From: an uncultured virus (IMG/VR IMGVR_UViG_3300018892_000001)
Lineage: Duplodnaviria; Heunggongvirae; Uroviricota; Caudoviricetes
Length of the DNA stretch: 64,000 bases
IMG/VR virus record: IMGVR_UViG_3300018892_000001
Reading direction: 5' to 3' (one strand)
Shown here: piece after piece, positions 15,001-21,826 of the stretch
How positions within the stretch are numbered: the stretch's first letter is position 1
How the letters are laid out: each line of letters starts with the position of its first letter
Notes under the pieces: model-generated
The model's input: only the letters and a program-made list of their open reading frames with translations
What the model was told of the DNA's origin: nothing
The model's database searches: none
Translations under genes and position numbers: made by a program

Positions 15001-18000
15001 CACGGTTCTCCGTGATGTGGGAAATGCCATTGTTCGCCTACCTGGAACATTGACGGGGGCGGTGGAGCGGATGATACCCGCCCTCAAGGCTCCTTTCAAC
15101 TATCTACGAAGATTTATTGGGACTTTTATCAATGAGATGAAAGCCTTGCTCCCACCGGGAATAGCTGCATCGATAGTGCTGGGATTTGAACGTGCGGCTG
15201 GGTGGATCAAGGCAATCTTTAGCCGGATTAAATCAGGATTGCGCGGCTTTGTAACTCAGCTTGGCTTTGAAGAGCAGTTTAATGCTGTCACCCAAGGTAT
15301 CCGAACACGATGGCAGCAGTTAGTTGATTTTGCAACTAAGACCAATTTATTTGGTTCTATTCCAAAAGATATCAAGCAGTTTTCTGCTGCTTTTGTAAGG
15401 GGCGTAGACTTAGCTCAAGCCATTTGGACTCGATTTACAAATTGGCTGGCATCTACGACCTTATTCCCTAAGATTTGGACGCAACTTGAGACGTTGGGAA
15501 GTCGATTCACTCAATTTGCCGAGAAATTGGGCGAAAAATGGGAGGGGGTTAAAGGGGAATTTGCGACTGGGAATATGTTCGCTGGCTTCTTTGAGAGGAT
15601 GAGGCGTCTAGGGACTCGTTTTCAGGAATTCGTTATCAAGCTAGAAGAGAATTGGCGTGGATTTGCTCGAATTATTCCAGGTATCCCCATCTTCCAATCT
15701 CTATTCACCGAGCTTTATGTGTTTGGCGATCGCTTTAGTGGGCTTGCCAACTTCCTGGAGCAGCAATGGCGAAAGTTGGCGCAGTTTTTAGGTACAACGT
15801 CACTAGTTGGAGGTGCGATCTCGACCATTGAGTTTTTGGGGCGAAAGTTCACTGAGGTTATTGGGTTTGTCAAGGGAGCCTGGGAACCTTTCACCGAGTT
15901 TTTAAACAGCAGTGACTTCTTCTCAAAGGCATTCGAGCAGCTTCGCAAATTTGGGAATTTTATCCCTCAACTAGGTGAAACGACGAGGCAGGAATTCTCT
16001 AAAGCCAGGGAATTTATTGAAAATGTATTCCAGGATGTCCCTGGAGCAGTTAATCGCGCAGTTGAGCGCATTAGCAATGCTTGGCGAGGATTTACAGACC
16101 AATTCCAGTCTATTTTGTCCCCGATTGTTGATTTTGCAAAGAAAGTTGCTCAGTGGCTAATAGACGCATTGAACCATTCACCAACGGTCCGCATCCCAGA
16201 GGCGTGGGAAAAGGCAGTTGCTTGGATTCGAGGGACTATAGAATCTTTGGTTGCCCCAGCTCAAGGGGTAGCTGAAAAACTAACTGGAATATTCCAGTCT
16301 ACAACAAATCGTATCTCTGACTATTGGGCTGGATTTAGCCAAACGTTTGAGACTCACGTTGTCCCTGCCCTGAACGCACTAAAACCTCACCTAGACGAGT
16401 TGAGAGAGGGCTTCCAAGGATTTACAGAGCGACTACAGGCCGCGCTTTCTCCCTTAATAGAGAGATTTGGTCAAATCACATCTCAAGTTCAAGATTTTAT
16501 TCAAAGGATTCGAGCGGCAAGGGAACCTATAGACGCAACAGCAAATTCCGCTGTCAATTTAGGTGATTTGCTAGCACGGGGATTAGCCGGTGCCATATCG
16601 ACAATCGAGCGAATGTCCCCCGCTATTTCAGTTGTTCTTAAGATATTAGGAAACTTAACGATTGGCTTTTTGGAATTAAGCGATCGCATACTTGCTGGGC
16701 TTAGTCCGGCTCTATCCACCATTAAAGAGCTTGCCGATAAGGTATGGCGATTTGGCAACGCCTTTACAGAGGTATTTGGAGCTGCCGTTGCTCCGGCAGC
16801 CAAGGAACTACTTCCGGTTCTTAAGAAGCTACTAGCTATTTATGGGCGAGTGCTTGCGTTATCTGCTGCCCTTCCCTTTGGAATGATCGCTGGTGGCTTG
16901 GCTGGAGTCGTGGTTTCCATGAAGGCGCTACTGAATTTATTTGAGCCAATGAATCAACGCACGAAGGAACTCTTAACTTCCTTCAGTAGCGCACAAGATA
17001 TGGGGAAGGCATTTGGGGAGATTGTCGGCAATTCCATTTCGGGAGTAATTAATACCTTAAAAATTCTCCTGGAAGTGGCGGCTACGGTGGGTGATACCTT
17101 GACGGCACCACTAAAGTTCATTGATGCCGCATGGGAGAAAACGGGAAATGCGATCGGGGGAGTTTTAGGGCGATTAAAGCGACAAGCAAAGGGCGCTGGG
17201 AAAGGATTTCAGGGGGATCTCTCTGAGGCGTCTCCTGGTCCCACCTACTGGATACGCCAAAACTGGGCGAAGACAGGGGACTTTGTGAGCAATCAGATAA
17301 AAGAGATGGCATCGACAGCCAAGACCCAGGGGAATGGCATGAGGCAATCGCTAGAAAATGTCATGGGAGGGGGCGACGCATCTACAAATATATTTCGATT
17401 TGCCCAGCAAAATGGAAACAAGGCACAGCTCGTATCTATTTATGAACAAATGGAGGCAATGAGGCGAGCCGGCGCACTTGAGCAGCAAATCCGAGAAAAG
17501 CACCAAGCTGGCTTATTGTCTGACGCTAGGGCTGAAAAGCAAATAATGAAACAGAGGCAGCTAGGGCAAAAAGCACACCTAGCAATGATTAACACTGTTA
17601 GGGAGATCCAGACTTCGGCTAGGGAGAGAGAAGCTTCGGCTGCCGGAGCAACTCAGGAGCGAAATCAAAAGTTAGCCAACAGCTCAAGGGGGCTTTTCCT
17701 CAGTATGGGTTCTGCCCTATCTAACTTCGCTCCACAACTTGCAACACCTCTATTCATGCTCAACGACTTTGTAGATCTTTTCATAGATCTCAAAGATGTA
17801 CTTCCCCAAATCCGAGCATTGTTTGGAGCGACAGAAGCGGCAACAGCCGCTAATGCAGCGACAACGAGTGCTGCTAATGGAGTAATTGCAGCGTCAGAAG
17901 GAACCGTGACGGCGGCAGCCGCGAGTTCAGCAGCAGCCCAAGTCCAGGGCTCTGCGGCATCTAGTGGAGCAGCAATAGGGGAAGCTGCCGTTGTTGGGGG

Positions 18001-20680
18001 AGCTAATAGCTTTATGGCAACGACTTACGGACTCCTAGGGAGGGCAGCTCAATCGGCTTACGCCAACATGATTAAACCCCTGATTCCTCTACTTCCCTGG
18101 ATATTAGGTGTGTCTGCTGCACTATTCATTCTCTATCAAGGTTTCAAAAATAATTTCTTAGGCATAGGGGAGGCGATCAAAGGAGTTGGCGGCTTTATTA
18201 AAGAGTTTTTCGATTTACTGCTTGGTGGAGTATGGCAAACAATTGCCTCGATCTTTCTCAATATTGAGGTTCAAATCAGTGCTATCGGTCGCACACTTGG
18301 TCGGGTCGGTCATATTTTAATGGAACCGTTCCGCCCACTCTTGGCGGCATTTGGTGTTTCTGGACAACGCTCTCTGTTGGGGAATGCAATGGTCGTGACG
18401 GTCAATTTGATCCTCCTTCCTTTAAAACTAGTTGCAGGAGCAATTAATCTCATCATTAGCCTCCTCAGTGGCTTTATTCAAGGCGTAATTCTAGTTGGGG
18501 GAATCATCCTCAATTTCATCCTGCTCCCTATTCGGTTGATCAACGCCGCGATTTACGGCGTCATGATGGGCTTCAATTCTGTGATGCTCGGTGTCAACCA
18601 AGCGGTCAACTTATTACTTCTTGCCCCTCTAAATATCGCCACGGCTGTTGCCTACAAGATTGCCAACGTAATCGCAAAAATAGGGCGAGTAATTACTGCC
18701 TTCATTCTTTCTCCCTTCTTTGCCGTCCAAAATGCCATCATGAGGGCGATCAGCCCTGTGGTGGATTTTGTCTTTAAAGCAATTGGATTGATCGCAGGGG
18801 CAGCAGCTCTAATTTTCACCATCTTAAATCCAGGGATGGTAATTGGGACGTTCTTTGCCTTCGTCACTGGGGCAACATTAGCGGCAAAAGCAATTCGATT
18901 CACATTAGGGATTCCACTTAAAGCTATCGGTTTCCTGTGGCGAAACACGTTAGGAAAGATGGCTGCTGCGGCAGTGACAGATTCGACAGTGGTAGGTGGA
19001 GCCAATACGTTCATGGCGACAACGTATGGGTTATTGGCAAACGCTGCACGATGGGCATATAAACAAATCTTGATGCCATTAATGCCTTTGCTCCCACTAA
19101 TCCTAGCCGTCGTGGCAGTTCTCGGTCTTCTTTACTTGGGATTTAAGACCAATTTCTTGGGCATTGGTGATGTGATAAAGGGGTTTATAGGAGGGTTCTT
19201 ACTGGTATTTGATGTTGTTTGGGGCGTAATTAAAGGAATAGGGGATGCGATCTCCCAGGTATTTGGTAGCCTGATAACTTCGGTTGGAGAAATCTTTGGG
19301 GCATTAAAAGAACTAGCCGGGGCTATTCTTGCTCCCTTCGACGCTTTATTCGGACTGTTTGGAGGAAATGGTGCCGGGGGTGGGGGATCACTTGGAGAGG
19401 CAATCAGTGCTACTGTCGGTTTTATTCTAATTCCCACTAAGTTTGTTGCCGATGCCCTTTCGTTAGTGATTCGGGGGATAACATCCCTGATTGTGGGAGT
19501 TATTAGGCTAGGAACAGCAATCATCAATAGCATTTTCCGACCCATCACCAGTACGTTAGGATTCCTTTCTCCTGTAATGGGAGTAATTCGGACAATTATT
19601 GGGGCGATCGGAGGGGTGGCATTAGGGATTGCGGCTCTAATCGGCTTGATTGGTTTTCTCGCTACTACCCTGATTCCGTTAATAATGACCGGAACCGCTA
19701 TGCTATTTGGGATGATCGTATCGGGCATGACGTTCCTGATCTCTGCTGCCCTGCCTGCGTTAATCAGCGGCTTATTAACAGTTGCAACGGTTGTCATTCC
19801 CTTGCTGGTCAGCGCATTCTTGTTTGTCTCAACTGTAGCTATCCCAGGCATTATTAGTGGATTAACTGCGATCGCTACAACAGCTATCCCACTGGTAATG
19901 ACTGGCTTGTCTGCTGCCATTCCCTTTATCATCGCTGGGTTTGGCTTCATTGCGGCGACAGTTATTCCCGCCATAGTTGCTGGAGTAATGTTCATTGCAA
20001 CCGTCGCCATTCCCGCTATGATTGCAGGAATTGCCGGACTTGTAACTGCCGCCATTCCACTACTCATAACCTTTTCTCCAATAATCCTGATGGTTCTCGC
20101 AGTTGTCGCTGCGGTTGTCCTCGTTAAATTAGCTTTCGATGCTGTCGTTGGGGCAATACAGAAAGTCATTCAGGGAATAGCGAGTGCAATCAGCTCAGTT
20201 GGGCAATTTTTCCAAGCTCTGCCCTTGATCGGAGGATTATTTGGAGGACAAAAAAATAATGCGGGCGATGGTTCCAACATTCAGGAATTCGCCGGTGGAG
20301 GTTTAGTCCTAGGGCAATCCGCTCAAGCTGTCCCGGTGATTGCTCACGCGGGGGAATTTGTCATGACCGAATCGGCAACCCAGGCTAACCTAGGAATACT
20401 GCAATATCTTAACGCCGGAGGGAAATTAGCATTACCTGCCCCTAACGTTGGGGTAATGCCACCCATGCCCTTAAGGTTGCCGACTCCAGCCGCAGCCCCA
20501 GCGCAGGGGGCAGGAAGTGGGGCTGTGGTGATCGAAAATGTCAACATCAACTTCGAGGTACAAATTAATGCCAACAATGGAGTCGAGGCAGGGGATGAAT
20601 TCTTGAGATATATCGAAGATCCAAGGTTTAAAAAAGCAGTAAGACAAGTGTTAAGAGAATCAGTTGAAAGGATGAAGTAA
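1..20680 (+). CDS. Giant phage tail tape measure protein, 5'-truncated by the window (>=6892 aa)
   Basis: Frame is open from nt 2 (KSIQDAGEDIDSL...) to TAA at 20680. TP901-type core end (MENNLAGSFRSLESALEAV), long Ala/Gly/Ile amphipathic W/F-periodic stretches, repeated SPGPTxWIR / LNHxPT motifs, and C-terminal FAGGGLV...IAHAGEFVM motif typical of TMPs. Confidence 0.9.
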   Translation, partial: KSIQDAGEDIDSLGEVSQSKQIQALKGIFGTTGISGASAALGQIKELNRLAIATRASSTNTEQLTQYFTELRDIKMKPGQDLFAAIIEQTPSYTEAVRQIDEANLALMQVNLKTLNSLDSGRLTDYFQQVKGISTAPGQSLFAAVVENAPDTQNALNQVSTAMEQLGIQVKGQVGAARLMAQVMENNLAGSFRSLESALEAVQVNFIEPLTPLIRLAIDAATQFALFLANLPAPIRTTISVAAALTLGMGALAIAIGAAGVTLFGFQQAMAVTNLASSSLAAGLIPLTGFFDTAQKAIVATNPLETFFKRNTQLAGDFEKAAAGTFDETIAGMKLLGRQAIQTGKAFLVMSRSLMLSPIGLGIGGFLLLNTVLEQVVPGFNLLGTVLGAIAAPFGFIYGLLKGIIHSFLDLLGLTGSGAMGTIAPVFGTITNAIELAAKSFSLFAESGERIGERLGKAITLPFELAGQAIGSSWDRTISFIRGILRPFADFVQGIGQMLVGFLAEASPGPTFWIRKKWAMTVHFLQGLFERLKVGAIAVGQQLLNAFTTVLPQLSSAISIATVFAELSGIINPVQGLAIAIGNTIFGGIVESMGKSLDEVIPIFIRRFSLVAAFGGFLAQRLNFLQPLQAQIIAGLAIITGLSTFYLKTFSFDIASIWHTTVQIIQGDLQALAGVAKNVGLLLISFLAEASPGPTYWIRRKWAMTIEFLSSLFKKIRSAAVLVNQAFLGIGDVSSDQGIVARQQILEGVVLSLVSGVKLLGSVATGVDWAITQINQSVASAIDNLDLLGFTLLTLSSLPMTLIGQLAQGFEAVLPELALFVGVGLPRAIAYALPGAVAIAMSTGLIQGLEKGFATFVAGMTERSKVASQQLSQMFDANLKQAINRGLSEGVTTFVRNLPSVFPGMEDYQFTFDFDQAYADYESQREARVQAITSYLQEVGVVANQVGQQLQAALAPLLSFRIGDIFPALSFLPPLIPLVTAIVPAFQSLSQVVQSPAVQGIVNFLTGTVLPTALQTLRAIASTVGLVFNAFISLPLTAALIVITRPIVSAYRELLAFLPQIPGILGRAIVQLARTAATAVANLLARIPYIGETVSRAFLGTVEFLIAVTPVYFRLLRGLFERYFLKTIRPLLTRFQQLFGQVAQGIVYALERGFKPLGTLLFRALNPMSAFKLIGTYIRTKGFAGLFKPGLFMLNPFDLFFGGIPGISWAVRTAATAFYRIPFPAGIIDKKSRELFQIFAGSEAFLEAELKSRRLGRTMLVSIEDILKTQPAIGRFLIQILRGVLMINPLVQIIGRIALTTMFWYSALKPITPEMFEAIAATKMLGLSLSPVASILKGMRFVFVDMNEAFMRFARGIIPFMRGVQNFFNVLGTITGVVVHETAGITSILLNLFKATFGNLGLLVAIGFAGAIDATLIGFRAIAQLARLKTEQYGDALVALFQGNIGPLLGQIASDVMGVVGFIFEQTIVRVTKVALSLASTVGGAIRATFQEIVRFIRDPWNESIRLLNLLDAAVDRVLGNIARTINVYIQQLQLDRLARFLSHYWVQIAAIADVLLAVYGVLNPMQAAISGLIGLGLFLIQEYRTGFQNLDALIQGLAHPIELITNAIKAMVAALGIYIPPDLTNIIANVTEQFIKSLPIITGGVFLIALLIKRNIGEAFSTVTGGVMKIVGGLMQAVDATRVFGGAISDVAQSPKVQAKVGSQVHKVRRQESVLGVRNPFAYSQNEDQQRRAVALGDERVAKSRAALRYQDEINKSLQKIVKEEEEEIKRLARSRNARDQIMAFGGKLQRPDGFSYEVAPLLEKKKGLLGLNRLELSETGKAAVADQARRRITSPDSESAMGTRMQAARRSGLRAAFERHSGEPIPDDVLRKLAQQGDYGITNLMGAFQKAMENLHVKDFQVNKLYVAEFNRPQNFPTQTPIDSNAFDIQLNRFRSNPIHANKEIIKKAKTASEIQIEIDQATTTGDTSYANLIGKFKQRLEKMFEVPAGNSAIVSSNVIEEHAKTLSAKFNLSEEEYQKARKAVITDLLQRQAKSIGKTVTDFNDFEEANIEALKQANRRVEGFHPIATNTDVLAQAVRNIAGQTQAEVDQLNQTRRSFFSSLFGFTGVPQLIENFQYNRRLFRRSQQISRRVEEMARQESKDKASAQAARQRGLEALMSRSGSGYDFHTQSAQFYASKQINAQEQAFIESWVKNRSFKVDITQHQAFRPEVDKIIDRFKQLSTNLTLNTVDDVKKFRQTLNDVSTQIQTQLSKDEQTALKKLEQYLLHGASEAPKGGQLSFGERDSILAAINKSIANNKGAFGITGDHKDISKASFKKLYDQNEVAINRIISQFAATGEFVAKIGGKNEYIEGAYKEIERKLGLGGGGKGSSLRRIQDIKFSNTIRQLGINFGLFVQSIEENVAEFRERIYRGLDSFEGWLESHLRFPSLATGIVDLIRRPFEFLSNNIEAIYTAQKINIQNMANQIRADFVGSNVVSRINNLNQKYKEAREASLQTILQSSRDERIAKLGRKNAFQGAQLGPVWEELKKRQLSQAQSGQTVSALMRGGMSEQAVRSMLDRELRRQGLSRDQVTTEIDKVLASLGNQARYSVGDILKMRGIDATKVSKALESALSLEAKAVEQILKNPNYTARAVGPFQLFMVRDIVGILGDTFRGIGGTMVRLVRPVAKDVTAAFGSNVLTRIANVTREINKFLEIGASRLEVGIIKVVGRNPLSRAINRFASSLGGQTDLLARFFDKQAGIVADQAPKTFTVRIVNAVQSIYKAVSDNLTKAYNYVQAQKGILPAIARLMGGVRDFFKGLFRNKELEKVQQQISQQRRAFESNDPRKFKGEEQQARAASRRRRIAEQLPALEEKRRLLARNPVQKMADYVSSKKLPERGFNRIGQTFEGMSSRLSEFATVLRDKRVKAEEKRRGGVYDPDLYDRVSPRGQRRGASGLGQTMSPQNNDQMGGVRPREGMRYIGRGIVGATQDILPLTTKIFSDLLSAGAKTSDRLGQFFRGAALKVQGAWWQSATDIMGRSWRAMVTAAKGVGSFIIARLNHGSADVTAAAWDRTQHSVSQDMQQMAETAQATGQHISGSMEQSATRSVGFFSQLGNSIGRVGKAGMAIGGAVTGIGFGAQTAVYSLSTMGFVSEDTSEKLRKFFEIFTLFGAVGGIVTPLFAAVASSLGAIGAIAGTVGTAIVGVGGAIASVVGLGSVAFAPIILGIAAVGLAFAGLYLAIKSNFLGIGNILTTPIHWIEAAWQGFVDRFGARLMPIIQPALNVAQGLINALNHNPTLRIPEAWEAMKERIGAVFNWMSSTAGAIGNAIVGFFSPIGKLFSHGGVREQPVIQPRENSIQQLGHKVQESTSVVTERASGLGRAVNDLAAKTLVDILAKITLLVGGIVLFRQQVGKDIANLGAQVVSSRSMPSSLINAIGVSVLAKTFATSLGIAKIVRGVTSLGKISEDLLKPIQKLASNIGLKANTTGRRPQTALELTSGTLKGLGKLGDKLRPIAGYIPAIALAAPDVAMLGSGLIGLSYAFSEFPVFLLKFKSLLMLAGGFASAISGVVLLLELATKQTNVLGVLVGSLVFVVKAFAGVFKGFQKAFAEISNPLKAYYDDFIATVQRMGKAGDDFGQKLGYGLAQALIYPLNFIYQAWQGLVDWFARLPLVSHALNIGQGLVNALNHGAADVTADAWESTEQRVGGVFGSLASAASGIGNTIAGAFKPRPQKNKVLQPQSQVEENPESLGSGIIKNATVAIAFLRDKITALIKSIGLLNTKVDYQSQLLKHQLRLQQVNLVRSSWGILTNRERNSNLSGRASNLPWVQRRQAQVRGIGGLKEAAENPRLRRLKQLGGLVGELTGLKGGAIASLLTGITSISGALGLLVLAFSTDFLEIRTKTVKLAQSMQGAFKGAIDWITGAWTGFSNWFGKMPLVRQALAIAQGLINSLNHFPTVKIPEAWEEAGRRIVGQFHYWLNVAKWVGVAIAGTLITALTAIAAATNPVMAAITGFTLGISALAFFSSKILAGFGAVLDWFGNRILALDVKFASVNIGAIAGPLFGLSTIFATVTTAGTLLAAVLTAPVFAPWIAGATALGGAIAGALFLWQRFRKQSEIPPSVEQPTPTPGFRERVGQKAQGVRDAIVEQGVRAKNAGIGAANAVVEQATKVKDAGVGAANTVAQQYQLFASAAADVSSIRQSLQASSSLGDLNSSYLSKIVDLIQNLVDFNKPKPSPEPPPMVTGQSLIVGSGEVNNPNAIQNKVGGIGAAIQDTVLGQNAFGKLLLSPIARAPLDAMGLKDTQKRITKERERERIRQSLGQQKTGVQSSLPGPLGLFSKKDEFQEAIQSQLQGQELKLAEKVISGAQSSSALVRDQYKGLVTTITQNGQEQVVLNEKGQNYLEGQLAGLIKQQTGSFSEKELAVTAQKAGFKGTPEQLRQAALEGLRGKDKDQLSALEQAAGTLPGTKVDYQELASDSLSRLVEIAQNIFTCVDYIAALLQPKSKVPKSLASGASIPVDFQPTPPSPPAEPSLVSKAGDAINNTLSSLGVHAKTPLSTGAAGAESITEVLTRLRNSLSTTKEPVEYTSIQKRIGQLFAGKFEQPKGVQARLSDQVGKPQPTAQGIDADPSKALAFAAQNTTQAWNNTTTAIASNIDSLVSTSADQGYELQKAVSEGSPGPTYWIREHWSKTVEAIKGWMHGLGSTSQKVGEAVTQSLTPQEMVQKAKEGIQQVGKSLLILGGDIGDFIRRATVATLTLNFFELGDAVGDLGGNFGYFAQGVMTGFGQMGKSAIAFWLMAMSWATPFFVILGGVTFVTAVLVANFLGLRTILGGVIRIGIGAGQILIAVLGGLGNTVKSLGKIALGVFKALRGDFSLLDEGIAQLKASFTQMKAGVVRGLKTIGRGIRQIFTGIDQGIQQVFPSFKGVIHYVQAISSALKNPEAAARMLAQGIVRVARQIGDTIQTIPGFVARGVQKAFKWVKDGANAVLKKGQQVVAYFSGLSFSEVGDRFVTVLRDVGNAIVRLPGTLTGAVERMIPALKAPFNYLRRFIGTFINEMKALLPPGIAASIVLGFERAAGWIKAIFSRIKSGLRGFVTQLGFEEQFNAVTQGIRTRWQQLVDFATKTNLFGSIPKDIKQFSAAFVRGVDLAQAIWTRFTNWLASTTLFPKIWTQLETLGSRFTQFAEKLGEKWEGVKGEFATGNMFAGFFERMRRLGTRFQEFVIKLEENWRGFARIIPGIPIFQSLFTELYVFGDRFSGLANFLEQQWRKLAQFLGTTSLVGGAISTIEFLGRKFTEVIGFVKGAWEPFTEFLNSSDFFSKAFEQLRKFGNFIPQLGETTRQEFSKAREFIENVFQDVPGAVNRAVERISNAWRGFTDQFQSILSPIVDFAKKVAQWLIDALNHSPTVRIPEAWEKAVAWIRGTIESLVAPAQGVAEKLTGIFQSTTNRISDYWAGFSQTFETHVVPALNALKPHLDELREGFQGFTERLQAALSPLIERFGQITSQVQDFIQRIRAAREPIDATANSAVNLGDLLARGLAGAISTIERMSPAISVVLKILGNLTIGFLELSDRILAGLSPALSTIKELADKVWRFGNAFTEVFGAAVAPAAKELLPVLKKLLAIYGRVLALSAALPFGMIAGGLAGVVVSMKALLNLFEPMNQRTKELLTSFSSAQDMGKAFGEIVGNSISGVINTLKILLEVAATVGDTLTAPLKFIDAAWEKTGNAIGGVLGRLKRQAKGAGKGFQGDLSEASPGPTYWIRQNWAKTGDFVSNQIKEMASTAKTQGNGMRQSLENVMGGGDASTNIFRFAQQNGNKAQLVSIYEQMEAMRRAGALEQQIREKHQAGLLSDARAEKQIMKQRQLGQKAHLAMINTVREIQTSAREREASAAGATQERNQKLANSSRGLFLSMGSALSNFAPQLATPLFMLNDFVDLFIDLKDVLPQIRALFGATEAATAANAATTSAANGVIAASEGTVTAAAASSAAAQVQGSAASSGAAIGEAAVVGGANSFMATTYGLLGRAAQSAYANMIKPLIPLLPWILGVSAALFILYQGFKNNFLGIGEAIKGVGGFIKEFFDLLLGGVWQTIASIFLNIEVQISAIGRTLGRVGHILMEPFRPLLAAFGVSGQRSLLGNAMVVTVNLILLPLKLVAGAINLIISLLSGFIQGVILVGGIILNFILLPIRLINAAIYGVMMGFNSVMLGVNQAVNLLLLAPLNIATAVAYKIANVIAKIGRVITAFILSPFFAVQNAIMRAISPVVDFVFKAIGLIAGAAALIFTILNPGMVIGTFFAFVTGATLAAKAIRFTLGIPLKAIGFLWRNTLGKMAAAAVTDSTVVGGANTFMATTYGLLANAARWAYKQILMPLMPLLPLILAVVAVLGLLYLGFKTNFLGIGDVIKGFIGGFLLVFDVVWGVIKGIGDAISQVFGSLITSVGEIFGALKELAGAILAPFDALFGLFGGNGAGGGGSLGEAISATVGFILIPTKFVADALSLVIRGITSLIVGVIRLGTAIINSIFRPITSTLGFLSPVMGVIRTIIGAIGGVALGIAALIGLIGFLATTLIPLIMTGTAMLFGMIVSGMTFLISAALPALISGLLTVATVVIPLLVSAFLFVSTVAIPGIISGLTAIATTAIPLVMTGLSAAIPFIIAGFGFIAATVIPAIVAGVMFIATVAIPAMIAGIAGLVTAAIPLLITFSPIILMVLAVVAAVVLVKLAFDAVVGAIQKVIQGIASAISSVGQFFQALPLIGGLFGGQKNNAGDGSNIQEFAGGGLVLGQSAQAVPVIAHAGEFVMTESATQANLGILQYLNAGGKLALPAPNVGVMPPMPLRLPTPAAAPAQGAGSGAVVIENVNINFEVQINANNGVEAGDEFLRYIEDPRFKKAVRQVLRESVERMK

Positions 20681-20682
20681 TA

Positions 20683-21825
20683 ATGGACAACTATCGGTTA
20701 ACTCAGGCTCGGATACAATGCAATGCCATCCAAGTTCTATTGCTTGCAGAAACCAAGGAATATGATGCTGGTTGGCTACCCCAGGCTAAATCAGTACTAA
20801 GAGACGAAAGTGGAAGATTCGCTAGTAAAGAGGGTAGCTTCAAAGAAAAAGCAGAAGCTCTCTACAAAGAAGATGTTAAGCGCCATAATCGCGAATTTTC
20901 CAAGAAAGAATTTGCTAAATATCTAAACTCTGTTCCTGCACATTTAGAAGCAGCCAAAGATTATGTTTTTGGGACTAGTTACAAGCAGAAAGTTGACGAT
21001 TTAAGCAAGAAGTTAGGAGAGCTTGGGGTCGAACTGAAGAAAATCGCAACAAAGAAGTACAAAGAATTTGAACCCAAGTTAAAGGAGATGAAAGGGGAAG
21101 AGTTTGAACAGGCTGTTCAGGATGAATTAATTAAACTCAAACTTATAAACGAACGAACGTTCAAGGAAGACTTAAGGGAAGCTAAAACTGCCGAAGACAT
21201 CAAAAAAATAATAAACCAACATCAGGCAGAAATCATGAATGCTGCCATTATTGTTGGACGGGCAGTCGCGCTATCCGCTGGCGGATTAGCCGGATGGACT
21301 TTAGGAATTGTAGCTGGAGAAGTCCTGGTATCTGCAATATTTGGAGGGACAATACCAGCCTTTGCTACCATGTTCAATCAGGCGTTAATTGTTTGGGGAA
21401 TTGAGGAAACAGCCCAGCCTGTTGCTGCTTATTTAATTGACAAGAAAGTTACTGACAAAAAATTAAACAAAGAGTACAAAAAATGGGCAGAGTTTGGGGT
21501 TGATGTGCTTGCTATTGTGATGGGTCAAAACCTCGCACAGATCATAAAAGTAGCAGAAGAAAAAGCTACGTTCAAAAAGGGTATGCAAATAGCTCAAAAG
21601 GTTATGGAAGATAACGCCAAATTGATGGCAGAACACGAAAAAAGTATCCTAACGAAGGTAGGATTAGACAAACTGCCAAAAGACTTTGATACCTTAGAAA
21701 GTGCTTATAAATCAGCAATGAAAAAGGCGGCGGAACAGGGCAATTCCTTAGAGAAAGAGCTGTCAGAAATTAATAAGATCAAGCAAGCATACAACGACAT
21801 TCGTAGAAGGCTGTTGGAACAGTAA
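20683..21825 (+). CDS. Leader-family protein 1 (conserved N-terminal leader, coiled coil, hydrophobic segment); putative virion-associated/ejected protein
   Basis: Starts 2 nt after the TMP stop. Leader YRLTQARIQ..LLAETKEYDAGWL..AKSVLRDESGRFASK is shared with the next three ORFs; hydrophobic stretch at aa ~187-240. Confidence 0.75.
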   Translation: MDNYRLTQARIQCNAIQVLLLAETKEYDAGWLPQAKSVLRDESGRFASKEGSFKEKAEALYKEDVKRHNREFSKKEFAKYLNSVPAHLEAAKDYVFGTSYKQKVDDLSKKLGELGVELKKIATKKYKEFEPKLKEMKGEEFEQAVQDELIKLKLINERTFKEDLREAKTAEDIKKIINQHQAEIMNAAIIVGRAVALSAGGLAGWTLGIVAGEVLVSAIFGGTIPAFATMFNQALIVWGIEETAQPVAAYLIDKKVTDKKLNKEYKKWAEFGVDVLAIVMGQNLAQIIKVAEEKATFKKGMQIAQKVMEDNAKLMAEHEKSILTKVGLDKLPKDFDTLESAYKSAMKKAAEQGNSLEKELSEINKIKQAYNDIRRRLLEQ

Positions 21826-21826
21826 T

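Noticed and set aside
544..20577. Many minus-strand and alternate-frame ORFs inside the TMP (e.g. 19132-20169, 345 aa)
   Set aside because: Shadows of a biased Ala/Gly/Ile coding frame; no recognisable motifs.
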